From assembly GCF_964194025.1 (NCBI RefSeq), contig NC_134470.1, positions 38,502,001-38,566,000 of the forward strand: 64,000 nt of DNA, written 5' to 3'. The notes under the pieces are model-generated. The model ran no database searches, was not told the DNA's origin, and saw nothing but the letters and a program-made list of their open reading frames with translations. This document shows positions 12,488 through 24,539 of this stretch, in pieces (the stretch's first letter is position 1; every line of letters starts with the position of its first letter). A program made the translations under genes and the position numbers. The stretch comes from Convolutriloba macropyga. Its lineage: Eukaryota.

Positions 12488-15400
12488 ATGAAAAGTGAAC
12501 ATTCAACCAGCTTCGGTGAGTCTGGAATTCAAAAAGTCGAGGTCTGTTCTCAGTCGGATAGTTTTGAGGTAAATGCGACTGCTGACTATTGGCTATCGCC
12601 TTGGGAAAAGTTACTGGTGTTGACCGAGTCGCACCTCGGGTACCCAGTTTCTTTTGACTATGACCCATTCAAAATGAAGTGGACCTCCTCTTTGACATTG
12701 GAAGGCCAATTGTTTGCAGCTCAAAGTTCGTACGTGACTTTATCTAGAGAGAAGATAGCAGTTCAAATAGTGAGGTTTAAGCATGGGCTGGATGTTACTG
12801 CTCAGTATGTCAGATTTGTGGACAGGTTTGTCATCTTTATAATAATTAGTCCGAGAAACAGTACAAAAGGACTAAAAAATTAGCCAATTGGCGTCCCATA
12901 TGGTCCGAAAGAAAAATATTGAAAGGTTGATGAAAGATATATGGAGGGTATCCAGTTTGAAGTTGTTGTATGATATTGGTTTAGTTTAAGGAGCACTTAA
13001 TTCGTATGCAAATATTTCGCTATTCAAGGTTTCAGTAGGGTTTTGCATAAACTATTTTTTAACAAGTTTAGAAATATTTTGAATAATATCTATGTTAGTA
13101 TATATTAGTAATATCTATGACTGTATATGGTTTCTCGCAATTTTTTTTGCAGTTATTGATTATGCCTCATTTGCAGGCATTCTGTAAGGACAAAAACGAA
13201 GTATGGAGGAGTTTTGTCACTTTTCGGTTGTGTTCATGCTGCAGGGTATCGAAAAGAAAACAAAAAGGTGATCGTGAAACTATCCCCCTACTTATCTTAG
13301 TTTTGCGATTTTCCACCACTGTTTTTCTTATATTTATACCAGAAGCCATCATTCGGGGTTTAAACATCCTGATTTAGCATAGTTTCCATGTTATATATCT
13401 TATTTTTTTCCTGTTCATGAAGTGGCAGAACTTGCTTTAGGTCATCTTAAACTAGTTTCTTGAAAAGTTTTAAGCAATGTAAGTGAAAATATTCGTGTTG
13501 GCCGTTGGGATCATGTATCTCAAACGCTGCCTCGGAGTCATTGAGATGTGTGTTGCATCTAAATAATAATCATCATCATGTTTTTACAGTTTGTTAAGAA
13601 ATTTTGTTAAGTTTGCACAATTTGAAGAAAATTTAATTTGGCAACTTTCAATGTTTTAGTACATTTTTTTCTGTTTTTTAAAGCAAATCAGAGCATGCTT
13701 TTCTTTCCCATATTTAAATAAGGGTTGCTGAAAATTGAACCAGTGCTTAAGAGAGTGATTAGAATAAAAACTAGAATTTCTACGATTGAATATTTAAATT
13801 TGTGTCATATAATAACTGTTAAGAAAATGAGGAAAAAAGGTTCTGTATGTTCAATTTTGTCAACGTTATACTTTTTGACGTTTTTATTCATCTGTATTGG
13901 AGTTTTTGTTCGTCCATTTATTTTGTTGACTAGTGTTTTTTTTACTGTTTTAAAAGTATTCCAATTTATGTTGTGTAAATTATGTGCTCAATAATCATCT
14001 CGATATCTTATTTCAGAATTATTGGCCTTGAGATTCTCTATCGTTGTTTTGTTACCATGGCTAATATTTTTTATATTTCTTTGTTAGTGCGCTGTATATT
14101 GTTGGTGCGCAATAAAGTTATGCTTTCGTACAAACATCACTACAAATAAATGGAAACGCTATTCGGCAACTGCGCTGTTCTGATTTTTATTCTATCTGAA
14201 GTTTAGAGTTGAGAAATATTCGGATGTCCAACATTTTGTGTTTGTTAGTAGCTGCGTTATGTGAATGGGAGTCCTTCTTGACCATCTTTTTATGATATCT
14301 TTTTGTTGCTCTCCATGTAAAGTACATTTTCAATTCATTTATGCAGTTTCTCAGTATCGTAAGTTCATGCGTGATGTCATTTTTTACCTTTACTGGATCG
14401 AGTCCCTTGCTCATTCGTATTCATAATTTTGTGAACTAACAGCATTTTTACTGGTTAATCATAATCACACCTGAATAATTTGTTTCTCATTTTTACTTGT
14501 TTTGTTTTTAAAATTAAAGAAATTTAGTGAGGACATCAGACTAGATTTGAGCGAGCCATTAGTTTTAGCGCATCAAAGAAATTCACACCTGCAAAAAATG
14601 CTGTGCGTAATCAAAGTGATCGAAGCGTTTTGACTGCAACCTTCAGTCCTGTGAAATTATCATAAATGCTGTATTGTCCTTTTGGATGCATTGTCGGCTT
14701 TTGGTATGAGTTAAATGTATTGTTTGATACTGACAAGAAAGCTTTATATTGATTACCAGATTTATCTCCGCTCTAGTAAAAAGGTTTAAGGTACCTTTTT
14801 TGTCTCTCAATCTCCGAAATTTTTGCTCAGATTTTCTAGCGTTTTGTCCCATTCTAGCCTTTTCTCGTTGGTGATTATAATTTAAATTATATATACAATA
14901 TCTAAAAGATAATGAAAAAGAAAATTTAGAAACAGTCCTAATTCCGTATGATCTAAACGTTCAAAGCAAAACAGTACCAACCCGCATAACAAGTCTTCTA
15001 ATAGTCACAGTATGATAGATTAAGTCATTGCTGACAACTGTGGCAAAGAAAACTTTTGTTTGTGATAGTACTATTATGAGTGACGATTCTAAATTTTAAG
15101 TATTTTAAATTTTTTTGTGCATCAGGAAAAAACCAGTGATCAAAACTTTCTACGACAAACGGAGTTATAACATTAAAGAATTTGTAAAAACCCTTGTGTC
15201 ATCAGACTGCAGCGACATATATCAAAATTACTATCCGGAAATTTTAATGGATGAATTTACGCACATATTTGTAAGAGCTCTTCAGCTTCATGCTCCTGTA
15301 AAAAAGTGTATCATTCGTAATGCAATAATGTCTTTTCACTATCAGAGAAATGGGTATCAAAGCAGACTAACTGATGAGAATTAAAAAAGACATTTCTAAA

Positions 15401-18400
15401 CGATAAAAATTACGAAAAGTTTTTGAACTCAAGAGTTTAACAAATCAGTTGCTGTAGATTTAATAAAAACTTGATTCAAGCTGTTGAAAACGACAGAAAG
15501 AAATGGTTGCTGATTATTGAAATACGTAATTCCAACAAAATAAAGCCAAATATATAATGCATTAAAAATGTTTTCAATGATTTTGTTTCAGAACCCAAGA
15601 AAATTGCAAATTTGCTTCATTAGATTACCCAATCATGTCAAATACAGTGGTCCAAAAAGACAAATCGCTCAAAGTTCAGTAATTACCCGTAAAAATTTGA
15701 ATTTTCGGTTCATTAATGCGGAGATGCAGTTACATTGTTTGGCGGAAACAAGCCACTGGGACCGTCACCAATTCCTTCATGGGCCATTAGGGACTCCTGT
15801 CCTGCTGTGGTGTCACGTATTCAACATTTGATAAACAACTGCATCAGGTTTTCTTGTTTCCCAAAACAACTTAAAACGCATGTAATACCACTTCTTAATA
15901 CATTTACCGTCCCATATCAATCACACCGTGCCTCTCTAAAATCATAGAAATTGTTTTGCGGGATCAAGTCATTGAGTACCTGAAAATAAACTCTTCAGCA
16001 AAAATCAAAATGGCTTTCGAAAGAAACGATCTACCAGACTCTATAATTTCATTGGGAAAGAAACAGATCAAAAGAATTTTATTTCTGCAGCGTTGATAGA
16101 TCTCTCAAAGGCTCTCGATTCAATTAACCATTAAATACTCGAATGAGACCTCTGCAATCCAGTCAATGAAAAGTTTTTTATTCGAGCAAAAGCAGGCGGT
16201 AGTTTTACAGAACATTACATCTGATGAATTGAGAATTTATTGAGGAGTGCCTCTGGGTGCCGCGCTTGGTACACTCATTTTCATTAATTATATCAATTAT
16301 ATGTATACCTACGCTGATAGCGGTCCACAATTCGTACAATATTCAGATGATAAGTTAATTCTGACATCTGATAAAAGCCTAAAAGAAAGCAAATCAAAAC
16401 TAGCAGCCAGCGACAGTAATCTTGTGAAATATTTTGAGAAAATGATTTAGGAATAAAACTAAAAAAATTTTGAGTTCGTTATATTTAGCATAAACGCCAG
16501 AAGAAATCAGATTGAAACGTTGATAGTTAACAACTCCCATTTTTTGAAAAAGCCGAGGTGAAATAGCGAGGTGTACAAATTGACAACCAATAGAATTCAA
16601 AGTGAGGATAAATCTTTACTTAGGAAGATGGCTCAAGGCATTAAAACGGTTTACGCAATAAGAAACTCAATACCCAAAAACATGCTCAAATTACTTCTCA
16701 ACGCCTTCGTTTTCAGTCACTTAGTCACTTACATTACTCTCGGTCGTGTTACATCAATAAGAAAACATTTGCTAAGATGTATAGAAAAACAAATCAACTG
16801 GGTCTTGAAAGGAACTTTCAATGGGAGGAAATTTGATTCCACTAAAGTACTAAAAAAGAGCACAGTGTTATCCCGATTGTTTTGTTTTTAGAACATAAAA
16901 AAATAGATTTATTTCTGGAAACAAGGGCTTCTACCGTTATTTGATATTACACTTGGTCAACTACTCCCGACGTGGACAATTGCGAATCAAATCTAACAAA
17001 AACTCTTCTTCAAAGATAGCCTTAAAAGCAATAATTTACGGTATGGATTTGTCCGTTCTGCTATAAAAAGTTGGAATGACCTCCCGTATTTCATAAAACG
17101 AAACGCCAATAGGAAAAATTTTAAATCCCACCTAAGCAATTTTCAATTGCAAAAGTTTGAACCAAATCCAGAATATTGTTCCTAGGTACCAAGTCATCCT
17201 GGTTTGATTTTAAGTTCTGGAGCGTTTGATTGGCTGGGCTTACTTACTCTTCATAATCAAAATTTATTTAAATGACTTGATGATTGTTTGACATGTTAAA
17301 AACAGTAAAATTATTTTTTGTAAAAAAACTGATATCAAGTAATATCTAGTAAATTACACTTCGGAGTCGCTATGTAGTGCTACTATATATGTACCCTCGG
17401 AATTCAAGTTTTTTTTGTTCATAAAACAATCATATTTGTTTTTTGGTAGGTTTCTGTCGAATATCGAATTTTATGAATCCAATTGTCTGAGGACTTTGAG
17501 GGGAGAAACCGAGGCAAGAAACCAGTCGAACACAGAAAGCAGCATTAGTTTCGGAGGGTTCGGTTGTCTGTTGGCCAAAGCAGAAATCAAAAGTTCTGTT
17601 TCGACAGAGGAAAGACTTGAGAATATTAGGCAGGCTGAAATTGGAGATATACCGCTAGCAAACACAACAACGGGTTCAAATGGTAACATTGGAAATCAGT
17701 GGACAACTGATGTCAAAGCTGAATCACAGTGGTGGGCAAATTTGCAACAAATTGAGCCTCTACAATCTCCGGCAAAACGAACCGTAAATGACCGAAGCAG
17801 AGGTCAGCCCCAAAGCAGCGTTTATTCGGATAGCAGTAGCTACAAGCAACAAATTGATCAGATTAAAAGTTCATCAGAAAATGTGGCGGCTAGTTTGAGT
17901 CACGTAGACAGTAATAGAAGTAAGTCTGGAGGTAGTGGGGAGTCAGTTAGTTATAGCAATAGTGTCTTCGAGAGCAGTGTTTACTCTGCTTTAGAGCCAG
18001 CTTTCATAGCAAGTGTATATGATAACGTGGATGAACAGATAGACCCTTCATTGGATCCTTTCTCAGTTACAGAAGTTGAGGACACACAGGAGGACTTGAA
18101 CTGTAGTACCGTCACTGGTCCGGCAGTAGACGAAATTGATGCCCAAAATTATGAAACTGTGAATGGAGATGACATTGGCGATGGAAAATGTCCTCAATGT
18201 TCCTGCGCCGCTACGACTACTGAGTACAACCAAACTAGTGCCCCAATGACAGATGAAAACGACCCGAGCAATACGAGCATAACTGGCTCTCAGAGTTTGA
18301 GCATTTACGAAACCGTTTCAAGTTCAATGGCCCCGGACAACTTCGAAAATGCAAATTCTCATGGTACTGGGTATGGAGATTGCAATTCAAATGCAGATGA

Positions 18401-19181
18401 AATGGACCTTGGACGAGCAGTGGCACATTTTTTGAATTCGTGGAATCAGAAACGTCGTCAAGTGCAACGACCCGAACTGCAAAAGCAGCTAGAAGTTGCT
18501 CAGAAAATGGGTACTAAGAAACAAAGTCAAGTTGTAAATTCAGAGTCGAGATCTTGCAGTGGTTCCTCATCTACCGAAAAGTTTGAAGTTGCAGTACCAG
18601 AATATTCGAAAGCTTCAGACCCTGAGTGTCATAGCGAGTCAGAGTATAACGATGTCAGGCTTGAATACGGCAGTGCCCGCAAAAATACTCCCAAGGACGT
18701 TTCTACTGCAGTGGCTAAAAGTGAATGCTCCACATCAAAGTCCACAAAAATTTCTGCAAAATTAACTTCATTAACAAAGGACGTCACACAACCAGCTCAA
18801 AAGCCGTCGAGTGTGAGAACAAAAGGCTGCAAAAGTTCAGGCAGTGCCTCAAAAACTAAGGAATCTTCAGAAGTAAGAGGAATTGTTAAGGATAGAAAGT
18901 CGGTCTGCTCATCACAGTGGTTGTACAAAAAGGAAGAAACTAAGAGAAAATTTGACGGCTTTGAAGAGAGCAACAATTCGAAGAAAAAAAGAATGGAAGA
19001 AAAATTTGTTGAAAGATCTTCGTCTCCAGTCAAGGTCGAGTCAAAGAAAGAAGTATCACGAGACTCGCCAGATATCAAGTGTGAAAAGGACAGCAATGCT
19101 GAGCGGCAAAGGTCAACTGACGAAACTAAGTTCAAGTCGTTTAAAATTGAGAGTCGAGATCCACGTTTGAGAAAAAAGTGA
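12488..19181 (+). CDS. Uncharacterised ~689-aa protein: N-terminal dsRBD-like domain, Ser/acidic disordered middle, Lys-rich C-terminus ending RDPRLRKK
   Basis: Exon 1 is 12488 (ATG) to 12825, ending GAC AG|gtttgt (phase 2). The intron 12826-17449 ends ttttggtag|G. Exon 2 (17450-19181) is an open frame of over 570 codons. Phases match and give ...VRFVDR-FLSNIEFYE.... Confidence 0.75.
14880..17200 (+). mobile_element. Degraded LINE ORF2 (L2/CR1 group) inside the intron of the 12488-19181 gene
   Basis: Fragments LQLHAPVKK, NKPLGPSPIPSWAIRD, QNGFRK, IDLSKALDSINH, GVPLGAALGTLIFINYIN, QYSDDKLI, LLLNAFVFSHL. Confidence 0.85.
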
Positions 19182-20499
19182 TGTTTGTTTTGTTGTTTTG
19201 TTTTGAGGTCTCTTGCTAGAATTGTGATTTTTTTGCTACCATTGAGACTTGATACTTTGGTCATTTCGTATTGATCTTGGATTCTGTTTTGAAATTGGAA
19301 ATTATTCGGCGTTTATTTTCAACGATGAGCAAGAACGAGTTTATCTTGATAATAGCCGCAAATGGAGTAATATTTATGCATCGCGTCGTATGATGAACAA
19401 ACCAATAGTAGGTCTTGGTTTGACGTAGTTTTATACTTCGTTCTGTGTTGATCTAAAAGGAGGCCGATCGATCTGGTTTCACTGGGAAGACAAATGAATG
19501 AAATGTCTTTATTGTTTAGCAATTATTGAGTGTTTAGCCTTAATGCTGACCACTCAGCAATTGTTTAGCATTAATGCTCTTTTACAAAGCTTAGCTATTG
19601 TTTCGGTCCGGTTTGTTTTTATACAAATTTTTGCTTGCTCACTTTTGCATCTGACCGATGTTACTTTTCTTCCTCTAATACGAGATAAACTAGTAAAGCC
19701 TCTGTGAAACTCTCTGAGAGCACTACTAGACTCTTCGTGGGCGGTTCACTCAAGCTATTGAAAAGGCAGGTAGGTATTGTTGGTGTGGCAGGAAGTCTTA
19801 AGCCATATGACCCCTAGTTTTATCCCCCTACTTTTTGTTGCCCCTTCTCTGAGTGAATCTTCCTGTGCTTAAGCTGGCTGCTATCGAAGCACACTCTTCG
19901 TCAGTCGTCTGAGTGATATTCGTCTGTTGTTTGTCGGTTATTTTTGTAAATTCTCTATTTGCAATACCACTTTCTAGGTACTCAAAGAATTTCACTGGCA
20001 TCCATATTCTCTAAATTCTAGATATAAGGAACGCAAATATATGAGAACAGCGGACCGTGGTCTATGGCAATGCTTCTCACATGTAATCCAAGACCAAGCG
20101 GCTGGTCATTACAGTGATGCCCGGTCACTTTGACTAATTTTTAAAACCTTTTCAGTGCTTTTTCGGCTAGTTTTTTTCCAGGTCATGTTACTTTACTTTG
20201 ATATTTGGTCATTTAATTTTTTACGGCTGACTGGATCATTTTTTGAGATTCGCAATAATTGATATATTCGATAAAGCCCAAAATGGTTTTATGTTGAAAT
20301 GCTGTATTTTAACTTTGTTGGTGGTCTCTGAAGTGCATGGTGCTGCAATATTTCCGAGTAGGCAAAAATTCACCATCTGGAGGTGGTTTTTTTAAATTCA
20401 AGTCAGTCTCTGGACGACAGGAGTTTTTTTCCATTTAATCTCACACAAATTTTGAAGCAAATGTTGTAGTCGTGTGTGTCTTTTTACGGCTTGAAAAGG

Positions 20500-21380
20500 A
20501 GTATCGAGTTTCTACAGGTTTGTTTAATTTTTTCATGATTTGAGCTTTTGACTTTTGTTTTCGAACATTTATTTCTGTTTTCGAACGTTGACATTTTTTT
20601 CGAAAACTGGACTTCAACATGAGCTTGGGCATTAATACATAGCAATCTGATAATACTCAAGATGAAAAAGGTCAATATGAGAATCTTTCTTCCCAAAGCA
20701 GTCTGTTCTCCCTATTCAAACTATAGATACCACTACCTAACCCCGCACCCCCGGCGCACCTATCTACCTCCCCCTCCCCAGTTTACCCCCACCCACCCAA
20801 CTAGCCCTTAATTCTTTTCCTGTTTCTTATGTTAGGCAAGGTTAGCTAAGTAATTATATTGCACGACTCTTCGAGTCGTTTCTGGTATTTTACCGGCTCT
20901 GTTTTTTTAGCTGACGCAAGTTTGTTCCTGACTCGAACTTTTGATATTTGTTTTCTAATCATTGACTTCTGTTTTAGAACGTTGACTTCTTTTTTGGAAC
21001 ATTGGCCTTCAACAGTAGCTTAGGTACTAATAGACAGAAATTACGAACTGCTTGTAATATCCCCCCACATATCATACATCCGCCTACCTCCTCCCTCCCA
21101 CTAACCGCCCTCCCACCTAATCCCCACTACTTATCCCCTCCTCCCGGTCCCCCACAAACTACCTACTCCCCCCCAACCTACCGCCGCCAACAAAAACTAC
21201 CCCCTACACCTACCCCCTCCTGCCTATACAGACCCATAAATTAAAAGCTGTCCTCAATGCCAATAGTTTCATTAGGCTATTAATTTCTTCGTTATTTATT
21301 TTCGTTAATTCTTATTTAAGGCAAGGTTAGGTTAATAATTATATTGCACGACTCTTCGAGTCGTTTTCGGTTTTCTACCC
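20500..21380 (+). repeat. Head-to-tail pair of ~480-bp Helentron-like units, each with a C-rich tract and a terminal hairpin
   Basis: ggcaaggttag.taa.taattatattgcACGACTCttcGAGTCGTtt occurs at ~20835-20882 and ~21320-21366; upstream parts also align. Confidence 0.65.
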
Positions 21381-21649
21381 ACTATTCAAATTTGTTACTG
21401 GACCGTTGTGATAATTTGTTCTAGAATATTCGTTTTGCTCGCTTGAGCGATTGGACTTATCGGCCTGAGAAACCGGGTACTCTGTCAAATTAATGGATCA
21501 CGGAAGCTGCTGAAGAAGGAAGCAGTACTTTACGCTTTGAGGTCCCATTTGGGTTTTGTTAACAAAACGAAACCTAGCAGATTATTCAAAACTATCAACG
21601 AGTTAACATTTTTGTTAACAAAAGCAAAAATTGACAGATTATTTAAAAC

Positions 21650-22205
21650 TATCAAAACTATACAGCACTTCAAAATTATCAACATGCGAGAAGTTACATA
21701 TAATGCGTGAGCGCAGAAGTTGTTTCCAACCAGCAGCTGACTTTCAAGATTGACACAAAAGATTCCCTGTATTGGGATGTCAAAAGCTACAGATCAGCTA
21801 TGTATACTGAGGATGAATGTGCGCAACTCTCTTCCAATAATATTCCAACACATCTCCCAATGTATTTGATTCAAAAGAATCATTTCTCGTTAAATCTGTT
21901 GGAGATGAGCTAGTGTTGTCGGGAAGCAGATTTTTTTAGCAATTCCAGCAAATTGAGATCTGCTCTTACTATCATGGAAAATTGATATGGTAGCCCTCTC
22001 CATACCATTGCTATCTCGAAAAACAGTTTTTTTGACATACAGTACCAGAGTTGTACCAAGGCCTCAAGACCAAACTTGGATGGTTATCAAATGGGTTATT
22101 GTAAACCCATATTTAGAGATTTCTGAGGACCGGATTGATTCGATCACAATTTCTCAGACTCAATGCGAAAGCTGCATTGGCTCCCGCAAATACTGAATTT
22201 GCAAC
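21650..22205 (+). mobile_element. Degraded envelope-like (Gypsy env / F-protein-like) gene fragment
   Basis: Frameshifted pieces DVKSYRSAMY, FLAIP, SYYHGKL, LSIPLLSRKTVFLTYSTRVVPRPQ...IKWVIVNPYLEISED...QCESCIGSRKY*IC resemble the ectodomain of invertebrate Gypsy env proteins (recognised by eye). Confidence 0.55.
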
Positions 22206-22835
22206 GCCCACAAATAGTGCAGCCTAAGCAATGTTATTAAAAGTTTGACGTAAAATTGGTGGTAGGTCTGCTATAGCAATAAACAGAGGCCACGCTGATG
22301 TGGCTGGAGACTTGGACACAGATGCGCCATCACAATTTATAATAAATCTTATCTCAATAAAATTATTGTCTATCTTCAGCTGCGGGAGTCTAATATCTGT
22401 ACCTAAAATCTTGTTTTCAACGTAACTCAGTATTTTCGAAAGATTCTGCTCAACAGTTTTACATAACGTGGCTCGAGAGTTCAAAAAAACAATTTTCCTC
22501 TCGTCATTGATCTTTTTTGAATGCGCAAGCGCTTCAGATTCGTTTTTCAGTTGTTTGATAAACGTGCTGGGTGCAACACACTTCGAACCACATTAGGCTT
22601 GATCTCTTTTCAGGAGATCGATTAAAAGTAGATCCGGTCCATTATATTGTGCCACAATCGAAAGAAGGGAGGCAGCTGGGTTGCTGGATGAAACAGTTTG
22701 CATTTCAGAGATTTCTTCTTTTTGCTGTTGCAGCATTGTTACTGCCTGTTTTGATGTTTCTTCATTAAAACCGGCTACGTCTTCATCTGATCTACTTATC
22801 TTTTCATGACTAGATGCATCTTCGCGAGAGGGCAA
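22203..22835 (-). pseudogene. EnSpm/CACTA-type transposase, N-terminal part through the first catalytic Asp
   Basis: ORFs 22593-22835 and 22224-22484 share one frame, separated by a single TAA: ...LLSIVAQYNGPDLLLIDLLK...IINCDGASVSKSPATSAWPLFIAIADLPPILRQTFNNIA*AALFVG. This matches the animal EnSpm motif DG-x4-KS-x3-S-x-WP...LPP-x2-R...NI. Confidence 0.85.
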
Positions 22836-23089
22836 AATTATGTCTGATCCAACTCTTCCACTTCCTTGTATTGCGGCAAAAACTTAAAATTATCGTCTGA
22901 TAGCACTTTCGGCCTTATAATTTGGTTATTTTCGACGTCTTCAAATGACTGGATGCTTAGGTTTGAACCCTCATAAAGAACTTAATGAAACTTTGCAACT
23001 CATTCGTGGAAGATTTCTCTCCAACAACTTGAATTCTCTGCAGAGCTCGTCTGAACTTTTTTGTTTGCGTCAGATTGTTGTCACTGTCT

Positions 23090-23536
23090 TTGGCATGCAG
23101 ATCAGAATTCCCACAGACAATTGCAATTTCCTACCCCAAAGACTTCTTCGTTATAAAAAGTACAGAGCTCTTCATTATGTAGAATTGACGAAGAGCACGG
23201 AGCCCGACACAAGGTGTACCACGAAAACCTCCTTTCATATTATAATCACAATTAGCGCGACAAGAGTGATCTGCCCAATGTGCTACTCCAACGAGAAGTA
23301 TCCCATCCAGCTTGTAGTTTTGCTATCAAACCGACAGCATTAATGATTCCTCCAATTTTATGGTTTGCCTTGTTTTATTACACAAGCAAAAACCTCCGAA
23401 ACTGTCCGGCTATATATTTAATCCGAAGTCTAGCGGCAATGTAGGCATCTTCAAGGTCGGTAAATATTTGTTTTAAAACTCGATTTTCTTTCAATTCCTT
23501 ATCAAACCTATCTTTAGGCGACAAGTCTGTCAACAT
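23090..23536 (-). pseudogene. SET domain (SUV4-20/KMT5B-like) with post-SET cysteines, upstream of and apparently continuous with the transposase
   Basis: Reverse complement reads GILLVGVAHWADHSCRANCDYNMKGGFRGTPCVGLRALRQ (starts 23304), then after a 1-nt shift LHNEELCTFYNEEVFGVGNCNCL (ends ~23114). Compare SUV4-20 LWLGPAAFINHDCRPNC...[33 protein letters not shown]. Absent from the ORF track because of stops and shifts. Confidence 0.8.
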
Positions 23537-24539
23537 CTTAGGCTGCTGTTAAATTCTGAGAGAAGCTTCAGCTACAAATACCCTTCAGCTTGAGCAAGCA
23601 ACTCAAACAAACTCATTCACAATCGAAGATATCGAAACTAAAAAAATTAAAATAACTCATTTAGGGCCGATAGAATGTTCTCAATTGACAAACGAACGCT
23701 CGAATGTTCCAGCCGACTTTAGAGTTGAAAATTATTATCTAAAAGGCACTAGCAACTAAAAGGCACTAGCAACTCAAGTTGAGCATGAAAAAGTCAAAAC
23801 TAAGTTAAAAGTCTACCATAAAACTTCCGCTGTCAAATTTTAGAAATTTTTATACGAAATGACGCACATTCATTTGAATAATCAGAGCTTCAATTTCCAG
23901 AAACAACTATACGCATACTTTCGGATTAAACGATCATCGGTGTAAACTCAAAATCTAGACGCTCAAAACAATCGAAGACAAATTTGTAGAATGGAGTAAA
24001 TTAGAAAATTCGTAAACTGATTTCAGATAAACTCTGGAACTGTAAATTTGCGATTTCTTGGGTCTCAATATCACAGCACTTTAACTAATGACTAAACAAC
24101 ACTTAGAAGCTATAAAAAAAAGTTGGAGCACCTTTGAGCAAAACATACTTGTAGATTGGTTGAATTCCCGAGACGTTCCTCTTCATGACATACCAGAAAT
24201 TAAACATCAAATAATATAAAAATCATTTAGACATAAAATGGAGCAGGGTATTGAATACGCCTGAATCTGACTTCAGATAAACTCATTAATTATAAAGTTA
24301 TACGGGTACAACGTCGTATTAAACGCACAAAACATCTTTGTCCTTACAATGATAAAACTTATTTCTTCAAGCCCAAGAAACTGATTTACATGCGAGCAAA
24401 ATACTAGCACAGTTCTGAAAGATAGCCACGGAAATACCAATTTAACAACTCGACTATAAGTAAAAGAAAGTTTCAGCTAAATCATAGTATTACAATTGAG
24501 AGAATTTCGCTCAAAACTGTCCGAGAACGCTCTTCACTG

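Noticed and set aside
20731-20740. cactacc as the left terminal repeat of the CACTA element
   Set aside because: Only 7 nt match; it lies inside another repeat and is separated from the broken transposase by the env fragment.
21002-21244. Proline-rich protein
   Set aside because: It is a translation of a C-rich low-complexity tract in a repeat.
22945-23343. 132-aa plus-strand ORF
   Set aside because: It is antisense to the SET-domain remnant and has no motif of its own.
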